Shown here: positions 57,128 to 64,000 of the stretch, piece after piece
How the letters are laid out: each line of letters begins with the position of its first letter
Numbering within the stretch: position 1 is the first letter of the stretch
Assembly (NCBI GenBank): GCA_026004195.1
Contig: BPIQ01000001.1
Location: forward strand, 1,290,311 to 1,354,310
Length of the DNA: 64,000 bases
Source: Candidatus Binatia bacterium
Lineage (GTDB): Bacteria; Desulfobacterota; Binatia; HRBIN30; BPIQ01
Reading direction: 5' to 3'
Position numbers and translations under genes: made by a program
The notes under the pieces: generated by a model
The model's input: the letters and a program-made list of their open reading frames with translations, nothing else
Databases searched by the model: none
Told to the model about the DNA's origin: nothing

Positions 57128-58549
57128 GTGGGACGCTCGTACGACCTGCGCGACCTCGAATACTGGGACGCGCGAATCCGGGAAAAGGTGGAAGAGTTCG
57201 GACTCCGGTGCTTTCCGCAGGAGTTCGAGATCTGCGATCACCACGAAATGCTGGCTTACATGGCCTACTCCGGCATGCCTTCGCACTATCCGCACTGGTC
57301 GTACGGGAAGGCCTACGAGAAGCTCAAGACGCTCTACGACTACGGCGTCCGCGGCCTGCCCTACGAAATGGTCATCAATTCGAACCCCACGCTGGCCTAC
57401 CTCATGCGAGACAACTCGCTCTGCCTCCAGATCCTCACGATCGCGCACGTGTACGGACACAACGACTTTTTCCGGAACAATTTCAACTTTCGGACCACCC
57501 GACCCGAGTTCACGTTGAGCACCTTCAAGGCTCACGCGGATCGGGTGAGGGCTTACATGGAAGACCCGAGCATCGGAGCCCAGGCGGTCGAGGCCGTCCT
57601 GGACGCGGCTCACGCTCTCGCCCTGCAGTGTCGGCGGAACCTGGCGGTCCGCAAACGAACGGAAGAGGAAATCCGCGAAGACCTGCGCGAACGGTCGCGC
57701 CCGCGGACGGACCCCTTCCGCTCCATCCACAAACCCCCGGAGTTCGAAGAACCGGACCTACGAAAAGTCCCTCCCGAACCCGACGAGGACCTCTTGCTTT
57801 TCCTGCGCGACCACAACCCTTACCTGGCCGAATGGGAAAAAGACCTTCTCACGATCGTCCACGAAGAAGCCCAGTACTTCATCCCCCAGATCGAGACGAA
57901 AATCATGAACGAAGGCTGGGCGACGTACTGGCACAAGCAGATCCTGGACAGTCTCGAGCTACCCCAGGATCTGCACCTGGAGTACCTGGTCCGCCACAAC
58001 CAGGTGGTACAACCTCATCCCGGCGGTATCAACCCGTACCACCTGGGCCTCGCCATCTGGAACGACATCCGGCGGCGTTACGACGATCCGGAGTTCCGCC
58101 GCGAGCACGGTGGTCGAACGGGCCTCGAGGAAATGTTCGCTACCAGGGAAGCGGACCGCGACGCGTCTTTTTTGCGACGCCACCTCACGCCCGAACTCAT
58201 CCGCGAACTCGACCTGTTCGAGTACAGTCCCAAGGGGGAGGATCTCGTCGTCAGCGCCGTGGGGAACGAAGAGGGCTGGCGGCAGGTGAAAGAAACCTTG
58301 ATCCGCAACGTGGGGATGGGCACCGTGCCGGTGATCAAGGTCCACGACGCCGACTTCCACGGGAACCGCACCCTGCTGCTGGTCCACTGGCACGACGGCC
58401 GTGACCTGCTGCTCGAATACGCGGAACGGACGCTGGAGTTCGTCTACCGGCTCTGGCAACGGGAAGTCGTCCTCGAGACGATGATCGAGGGACGCCGCAC
58501 GCACCTGATCTACAACGATCGAGGATTCGCTTCGCGGACGCTAAAGTGA
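57128..58549 (+). CDS. spoVR: SpoVR/YcgB-family protein
   Basis: 'EICDHHEMLAYMAYSGMPSHYPHWSYGK', 'MNEGWATYWH'. GTG start. Confidence 0.8.
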   Translation: MGRSYDLRDLEYWDARIREKVEEFGLRCFPQEFEICDHHEMLAYMAYSGMPSHYPHWSYGKAYEKLKTLYDYGVRGLPYEMVINSNPTLAYLMRDNSLCLQILTIAHVYGHNDFFRNNFNFRTTRPEFTLSTFKAHADRVRAYMEDPSIGAQAVEAVLDAAHALALQCRRNLAVRKRTEEEIREDLRERSRPRTDPFRSIHKPPEFEEPDLRKVPPEPDEDLLLFLRDHNPYLAEWEKDLLTIVHEEAQYFIPQIETKIMNEGWATYWHKQILDSLELPQDLHLEYLVRHNQVVQPHPGGINPYHLGLAIWNDIRRRYDDPEFRREHGGRTGLEEMFATREADRDASFLRRHLTPELIRELDLFEYSPKGEDLVVSAVGNEEGWRQVKETLIRNVGMGTVPVIKVHDADFHGNRTLLLVHWHDGRDLLLEYAERTLEFVYRLWQREVVLETMIEGRRTHLIYNDRGFASRTLK

Positions 58550-59044
58550 GCCCGCGACCAGGAGCACGACGGCAGTCGCGGCTACGGCTTCGCCCCTTCC
58601 GACGGGACCCAGGCCCTCGAAACTTTTCGCCTTGACCTCGAGGGCGTCGGTCCCGAGCCGCTCGGCCAGACGCCGACGCATGGCGGGGAGATAAGGGGCC
58701 AGGCGGGGCTGCTCGGCGTAGATCGTGGCGTCGCACTGCGCCACCACCCAGCCCTTCGAGCGGACCTTCGACACCACGGTTTCGAGCAACGCTTCGCTGG
58801 GCGCGCCCCGGTACCGCTCGTCCGTGTCGGGGAAGTGGGCTCCGATGTCGCCCTCGCCGGCGGCACCCAGGAGCGCGTCGCAGACCGCGTGGAGAAGGAC
58901 GTCACCGTCGGAGTGACCCAGGAGCCCCCGGGGGAACGGGATCTCCACCCCGCCGAGCCGAAGTGGCCGTCCTTCCACCATCCGGTGGATGTCGAAGCCG
59001 TGACCGATTCGAAACGGTACCGTGTCTGCCTTCCCCGAGGGCAT
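58541..59044 (-). CDS. ispF: 2-C-methyl-D-erythritol 2,4-cyclodiphosphate synthase
   Basis: 'FRIGHGFDIHR', 'LLGHSDGDVLLHA' and 'DIGAHFPDTD' motifs. 167 aa from ATG 59044. 9-nt convergent overlap with spoVR. Confidence 0.85.
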   Translation of the reverse strand: MPSGKADTVPFRIGHGFDIHRMVEGRPLRLGGVEIPFPRGLLGHSDGDVLLHAVCDALLGAAGEGDIGAHFPDTDERYRGAPSEALLETVVSKVRSKGWVVAQCDATIYAEQPRLAPYLPAMRRRLAERLGTDALEVKAKSFEGLGPVGRGEAVAATAVVLLVAGSL

Positions 59045-59165
59045 CCCACGCCGCGCCGCGGAGCGTCCGGAGCCATGACTAGAAAAGCACGGCGGTGGTG
59101 TCAAACGGCCTTTCCGGGCGGACGACGAGATTCTGCCTTGACGTCCCTCTCTCCGACAGCTCAGA

Positions 59166-60185
59166 ATGCGCTCCTGCGTGTCGTTCTCCTCTTCGGGAAG
59201 AGTCTTTTTTCTCGGGCTCGGTGCCTGGGTCGTTCTGGGCGTCCTCGGCCCCGCTTCCGCCGGCGCTACCATCACCGGAGGCGGCGGTCCGCGGGCGACG
59301 GATTGTCTCGCCGTCTTCGACGCCGCGGTGAACCACCCTGCGACCAGGCCACGCCACGTCCGGTGCGTCGACGGCGACCCGTCGTGCGACCTCGACGGTA
59401 CCACCGACGGCTTCTGCTCTTTCGCGGTGGCGGTCTGTGCCAACAGCACTTTCGATCCGTCGCAGTGCGGTCTGGTCGGGCTGGACACCCTGGTCGTGGA
59501 GCACGCCGTCGACAACGGAGACCCCAAGTTCGACCCCGACTTCCAGGCCTTGCAAACTCGCATCGACGACGAGGTGGAATTCGACCTCCCCGATAGCTGC
59601 ACATCCCCCGTGACCGTGCGCGTGCGAATCCGGGGGCCTCTCGGAAAGCGGTCCCGCTGCGGCCCCGCGAGAAAAAAGCTGCGCCTTTTCTCCCGATCCA
59701 AGGTCCTCGGCGGGAGAATTTTCCAGGACCGGGACGTACTGCGCCTGATCTGCCTCCCCGATCGGGAGAGCGGTTGTGCGCCGCTCGACCTTTTCGACTC
59801 CACCTGGGACCGGATCCAGACACAGATCCTGGACCAGCACTGTGCCTCGAGCGGGTGTCACGACTCGAACACCGAGGCAGGTGGCCTTCTCCTCGAGAAC
59901 GCGTACCGGAACCTCGTAGGAGTAGCCCCGGCCAATCCGGCCGCGGGCAACCCGCCGTACGGCTGGCTTCGAGTCCGCCCCTTCGACCCGGAAACCAGCT
60001 TTCTCTACCGAAAGCTCGTCTGCGGGGACAAGGCTTGCGAGGGAAGGAACGGTCTCCCGGACGTCTCGTTCGGCGCACGCATGCCCTTCGGCAAGCGCCG
60101 GATTCCCGCGAGCCTCCGGGAAGTCCTCCGCCTCTGGATCCTCGACGGGGCCCCGGAGACCGGCTGGGTAGAAGGAACCTTCTAG
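59166..60185 (+). CDS. Secreted Cys-rich protein with C-terminal PSCyt1-like (planctomycete-cytochrome-c-like) domain carrying CX4CH instead of CXXCH
   Basis: Signal peptide. N-terminal domain with 7 Cys. C-terminal 'ILDQHCASSGCHDS…GGLLL…LVGVAPANP…SFLYRKLV…RMPFGKRRIPASLREVLRLWILDGAPE' follows the PSCyt1 pattern (C..CH … L.L … V.PG.P..S.L … MP … L … WI..GA). Confidence 0.5.
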   Translation: MRSCVSFSSSGRVFFLGLGAWVVLGVLGPASAGATITGGGGPRATDCLAVFDAAVNHPATRPRHVRCVDGDPSCDLDGTTDGFCSFAVAVCANSTFDPSQCGLVGLDTLVVEHAVDNGDPKFDPDFQALQTRIDDEVEFDLPDSCTSPVTVRVRIRGPLGKRSRCGPARKKLRLFSRSKVLGGRIFQDRDVLRLICLPDRESGCAPLDLFDSTWDRIQTQILDQHCASSGCHDSNTEAGGLLLENAYRNLVGVAPANPAAGNPPYGWLRVRPFDPETSFLYRKLVCGDKACEGRNGLPDVSFGARMPFGKRRIPASLREVLRLWILDGAPETGWVEGTF

Positions 60186-60211
60186 GAAGCCCGAGAGGAG
60201 TACGACGCGCG

Positions 60212-61714
60212 ATGGGCGATGCCAGCACCGTCCTGACCGAAAGAGAAGCCATCCAGCTCTTCCGGAGGTCCGGCTTCGGATTCCGGCGCCGGGACGTCGA
60301 GCGCGTCCTCGCACGGGGGGAGACCCGAGGCGAGGTGGTCGACCGGCTGCTCGGGCGGCGGCCCGGTCGGTTCCGGCCTTCGGGTGCCACGATCGATCGC
60401 GTCCACGACAGCTGGGTCAAGTACATGCTGCGAACCCGCCGTCAGGCGCAGGAAAAAATGGTCCTCTTCCTCCACGACCACTTCGCCACGAGCGCCGACA
60501 CGGTCGACGAACCGCGCTGGATGGCGAAACAGAACCAGCTCTTTCGCATCCACTCGACGGGCAACTTCCGCGACCTCGTCCGGGCGGTGAACCGGGACCC
60601 CGCCATGATGGAGTTCCTCGACACGGTGCGTAACAAGAAGGCGGAACCCAACGAAAACTACGCCAGGGAATTCCTCGAGCTCTTCACCCTGGGCGTGGCC
60701 GACCTCCAGGGACAGCCGACCTACGAACAAGAGGACATCGTGCAGATCGCCCGCGCCTTCACGGGCTGGAGGGTGGACGACCGTGGGAAGGCCTACCTCC
60801 GAACCGGCCAGCACGACTTCCAGGCCGATTACCCCGAACGCGGCCCCAAAGTCGTCTTCCGGAACCACGGAGGCTTCGGCCCCCAAGGGCGGGACTTCAC
60901 CGTGAACGGAGAAGGCGAGGCCGAAATCGACACCGTCGTCGACATCGTCTTCGAGCACCGGGACAGCGAGGGAAAGAACACGGTAGCCCGCCACCTCGTC
61001 CGGAAGCTCCTCGACTTCTACGCTTTCGTCGACCCCGACCCGGGAAGAAGAAAACTGGTCGTGGACGAGATCGTGGCGGCCTCGGCTTTCGATACGACGT
61101 GGGACCTCGGCGGTCTCCTGCGCACCATCTTCGTACACGACGTCTTCTACGAAACCTGCAAGCCTTTCGGCGAGGCGGTGGCGAAGTCCGTGATCTGGCC
61201 CGTGGACTACGTGGTCGGGACGATGCGTACCCTCGGGATGCGCCTGCGTGGCCGCGACGCCTACGTCGACGGGGGGAGCTACGGCCTCGTCCGGGACCAC
61301 CTCGCGAACATGGGACAGGTACTGTTCGCACCGCCGAGCGTTTTCGGCTGGGACTGGGAAACCGCCTGGCTCAACAGCGGCACGCTCCTGGCGCGCTACG
61401 CGTTCGCCCGCGACCTGGCTGCGGCCCGAAAACGCCCCCACGGAAGCGCGAGGGGCCGGACGGCGTTCCGACCGGAGAAACTGCTCGACACTTCTCGGAT
61501 CGGGACCCCCGTGCGGGACATCGCCGAGGAAATGCTGGCCGTGCTCGGGCGAACGGACGATTTCACGGATACGGAAAAAACCACCCTCGCCTCCTACCTC
61601 GGAGACGGGAACCCGAACGGGACGCTCGACCTGACCGACGAGAACGTCCGACTCACGAAACTCCACGGCCTTCTTTCCCTCGTCCTGCAAGCCCCGGCGA
61701 GCCTGTTCCATTGA
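60212..61714 (+). CDS. DUF1800-domain protein
   Basis: 'NENYAREFLELFTLGV', 'DIVQIARAFTGW' and 'FVHDVFYE' blocks typical of DUF1800. Start at ATG 60212, internal to track ORF 59774..61714. Confidence 0.7.
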   Translation: MGDASTVLTEREAIQLFRRSGFGFRRRDVERVLARGETRGEVVDRLLGRRPGRFRPSGATIDRVHDSWVKYMLRTRRQAQEKMVLFLHDHFATSADTVDEPRWMAKQNQLFRIHSTGNFRDLVRAVNRDPAMMEFLDTVRNKKAEPNENYAREFLELFTLGVADLQGQPTYEQEDIVQIARAFTGWRVDDRGKAYLRTGQHDFQADYPERGPKVVFRNHGGFGPQGRDFTVNGEGEAEIDTVVDIVFEHRDSEGKNTVARHLVRKLLDFYAFVDPDPGRRKLVVDEIVAASAFDTTWDLGGLLRTIFVHDVFYETCKPFGEAVAKSVIWPVDYVVGTMRTLGMRLRGRDAYVDGGSYGLVRDHLANMGQVLFAPPSVFGWDWETAWLNSGTLLARYAFARDLAAARKRPHGSARGRTAFRPEKLLDTSRIGTPVRDIAEEMLAVLGRTDDFTDTEKTTLASYLGDGNPNGTLDLTDENVRLTKLHGLLSLVLQAPASLFH

Positions 61715-61745
61715 AGTCCGACGGAAACGAAGGAGAGCCCGAGTC

Positions 61746-63191
61746 ATGGCCTTGAGCAGGAGAGAGTTCTTTCGCCGAGCGGGGCTTCTGGCCGCCGGAA
61801 GTGTTCTCGCCCCTCGGTTCTGGCGAAATCCCTGGATGCCGAAAGCGCTCGCGCAGAGCGCGGGGGAAAGGTTTTTCGTCGTACTCTTCCTCGACGGCGG
61901 CAACGACGGTCTCAACACCGTCGTTCCCCTCGACGACGCGATCGGCAACTCCACGAAGCTCCGTTCGCACTACGAAGCGGCGCGGAACACCGGTGCGGGC
62001 GGACTTCGGCTCGGCCAGTCTTTCCTGTCCCCGATGTTCCTCGGAAACGACCCGAACACCGGGACCCCCCTCGCGTTCCACGCCGCGCTCTCGGGCCTCA
62101 AGAACCTTTTCGACCGGGGGAAGGTCGCGGTGGTCCAGGGCTGCGGTTATCCCGACTACAGCCTCTCCCACGACACCTCCCGCACGATCTGGCAGACCGG
62201 CGACCCCGCGGGAGTCGGCCTCGGGGGCGGATGGGTCGGCCGGTATCTCGCGGGAAGCTACGGCCCCACGGACATCCCGGCCGTCAACGTTCGCGATCAA
62301 ATCGCGAAAGAGTTTTTCACCACGCGGACCAGCGTGCTGGCCTTTCGGCGCTTGCGGAACTTCGGTTTCCCCCAGGACTCCTGGGATCCGAGCGACGACG
62401 AGTTTCGACGCGCGAAACTCGTGGAGCTCGCCTCGGAGGCCACGAGCTCCCAGGACGGCTCCCTCGGATTCGCGGGGAACATGACGCAGGCGACCTTCGA
62501 AGCGAGCCAGAGCTATCCGCCGCTCCACGACCTCTACCGCGCCGACCGGGGTAGCTGGGACGACGCCTACCGCGGGCTCGGCACGAGCACCGCCCGGGAT
62601 TTGCTCGAGGTAGCCAAGATCGTCTACGGCGTGGCTACCGGACAACCGGGCGTTTCCGCCCGCCTTTTCGAGGTCCGAAACGGGGGGTTCGACACGCACT
62701 CCAATCAAGGGGGCGAGGAAACCGAGGGGACGCACTCGAGACTCTTGCGCGAGGTGGGCGACGCTCTGGAGCTTTTCCAGGCCGACCTCGAGGACATGGG
62801 GGTCGCCGACCGCGTCGTCACGCTCGTCTGGAGCGAGTTCAGCAGAAGGATCCGCCAGAACGACAACGGGACGGACCACGGCTCGCAGGGTCCGGTCTTT
62901 CTCGTGGGAGCTCCGGTGCGTGGCGGGATCTACGGGAACCACCCCAACATCGGAAAACTCGACGGGCGCGGAAACACCCCCTACTGGCAGGGACCCCTCT
63001 CCGACGACCCGGCCGACGACTTCCGATCCACGGATTTCCGTGACGTTTACGGGACGACCCTCAAACACTGGTTCGGCCTCTCGGACGTGGAGATCCTCGG
63101 GTCGGAAAACACACCCGGGCTTTTGAGACTCGACGTCGGCGATCCCAATTTCTTCTGGACACAGCCGAACTTCGATCTTCCGTTTCTCTGA
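61746..63191 (+). CDS. DUF1501-domain protein (sulfatase/alkaline-phosphatase-like fold) with twin-arginine signal peptide
   Basis: 'MALSRREFFRRAGLLAAGSVLA' Tat motif. 'FVVLFLDGGNDGLNTVVP', 'QGCGYPDYSLSHDTS', 'GGFDTHSNQ'. Confidence 0.75.
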   Translation: MALSRREFFRRAGLLAAGSVLAPRFWRNPWMPKALAQSAGERFFVVLFLDGGNDGLNTVVPLDDAIGNSTKLRSHYEAARNTGAGGLRLGQSFLSPMFLGNDPNTGTPLAFHAALSGLKNLFDRGKVAVVQGCGYPDYSLSHDTSRTIWQTGDPAGVGLGGGWVGRYLAGSYGPTDIPAVNVRDQIAKEFFTTRTSVLAFRRLRNFGFPQDSWDPSDDEFRRAKLVELASEATSSQDGSLGFAGNMTQATFEASQSYPPLHDLYRADRGSWDDAYRGLGTSTARDLLEVAKIVYGVATGQPGVSARLFEVRNGGFDTHSNQGGEETEGTHSRLLREVGDALELFQADLEDMGVADRVVTLVWSEFSRRIRQNDNGTDHGSQGPVFLVGAPVRGGIYGNHPNIGKLDGRGNTPYWQGPLSDDPADDFRSTDFRDVYGTTLKHWFGLSDVEILGSENTPGLLRLDVGDPNFFWTQPNFDLPFL

Positions 63192-63349
63192 GGCTCCTTT
63201 TCCACCCCGAACTCCGGGCGCCGGCGCTCACGACCCCCGGCCAGCCACCCTCGCACGGCGAGGCGCTCGCCGGCGTGCGAAAACGTGGCGTATCCGCTAG
63301 TTTCTGGCCGCCTGGCCCGAATGCGCGCTAGAACCCGGGGAGGAATGCG

Positions 63350-64000
63350 ATGTTTCGCGGAAGTCCCGTCATCGACGCCGACGCACACAAGATCGAGAAC
63401 TCCGTGATTTTTCTCGAGTATCTCGACACCCCCTACCGGGAGCGAATCTCCCTGGTGGCCGATCGTTACGGGGAACCGCGCGTCGCCATCCGGGACCGGA
63501 ACCCCCGTACAGGAAAAGCGGATTTCGTCCGGCTCTTTCCGCAACCGGACGGCTTCGGAAAGGGCGCTTTCCGTGCGCTCCACCCCGAAACCGCGATGGG
63601 CGCCCTGTTTCATCGGGTGCGACTCGCCCACATGGAGCAGGAAGGAATCGACGTGCAGGTCATCTACGGGTCCCTTTCCGTGACTTTTTCGAGTCTCGTC
63701 GACGCAGAACTCGCCGTGGCCCTTTGCCGGGCCTACAACGATTACATCCGTGACGACTGCGAGCCTTACCGGTCCCGGTTGGCACCGGTCGGCGTCCTCC
63801 CCCTACAGGACGTCTCCGAAGCGGTAGCCGAGCTCCGAAGGTGCGTGGAAGAGCTGGGGATGCCGGCTGTGACGGTGGCCCCCAACCTGCCACGTCCCCA
63901 CCCCGACGCTCCCGACGCCTTCCCGCAAGTCCGCGTCCCCGTCCACCTTTCGGACCCGCGTTTCTTTCCCCTGTACGAGGCGGCTCAAGAACTGGATGTG
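63350..64000 (+). CDS. Amidohydrolase-2 (ACMSD-like metal-dependent hydrolase) family protein, 3' end outside the window
   Basis: ATG 63350 preceded by GGGGAGG. 'VIDADAHKIE' His-containing N-terminal metal-binding start typical of amidohydrolase_2. 'RAYNDYIRD'. Confidence 0.55.
   Translation, partial: MFRGSPVIDADAHKIENSVIFLEYLDTPYRERISLVADRYGEPRVAIRDRNPRTGKADFVRLFPQPDGFGKGAFRALHPETAMGALFHRVRLAHMEQEGIDVQVIYGSLSVTFSSLVDAELAVALCRAYNDYIRDDCEPYRSRLAPVGVLPLQDVSEAVAELRRCVEELGMPAVTVAPNLPRPHPDAPDAFPQVRVPVHLSDPRFFPLYEAAQELDV

Overview
This is a 64 kb segment of a high-GC (about 70% by eye) bacterial chromosome. Proteins are Arg/Glu-rich and many adjacent genes overlap by ATGA/GTGA (stop-start), so genes are tightly packed into operons. 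Because of the GC content the six-frame track is full of long spurious opposite-strand ORFs. I kept only the frame with recognisable protein-family signatures in each region and re-derived start codons by hand, so several starts are approximate.

Most of the window is housekeeping:
- priA-def-fmt-rsmB-rpe followed by tRNA-Pro(CGG).
- xerC-hslV-hslU-argB-argD-argF-argG.
- tatA/B-tatC.
- ribBA and glmU.
- dsbD, sppA, and a DEAD-box helicase.
- prkA-yeaH/yhbH-spoVR, with ispF convergent.
- Lipid-type metabolism: CoA-transferase, two tandem HSD17B4-like SDR paralogs, two enoyl-CoA hydratases.

There are two tRNAs (Pro-CGG on the minus strand, Gly-GCC on the plus strand). I found no CRISPR array, rRNA, IS element or prophage.

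The regions most worth a second look:
- 37081-40241: an MBL-fold hydrolase translationally coupled to a DGQHR (DndB-like) domain protein, then a PKD lipoprotein and a small nuclease-like ORF, immediately 5' of tRNA-Gly.
- 59166-63191: a secreted Cys-rich protein with a PSCyt1-like domain carrying CX4CH instead of CXXCH, followed by a DUF1800/DUF1501(TAT) pair.
- 20480-22374: a deoxyhypusine-synthase-like gene butted directly against an inositol-monophosphatase-family gene.
- 31657-32120: a 460-bp intergenic region with a candidate 53-codon ORF or sRNA (SD plus its own hairpin) and back-to-back terminators.
- 1-3552: a sulfotransferase / acyltransferase / DUF4838 trio.

Every family assignment comes from reading motifs in the translations. 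No database search was run.
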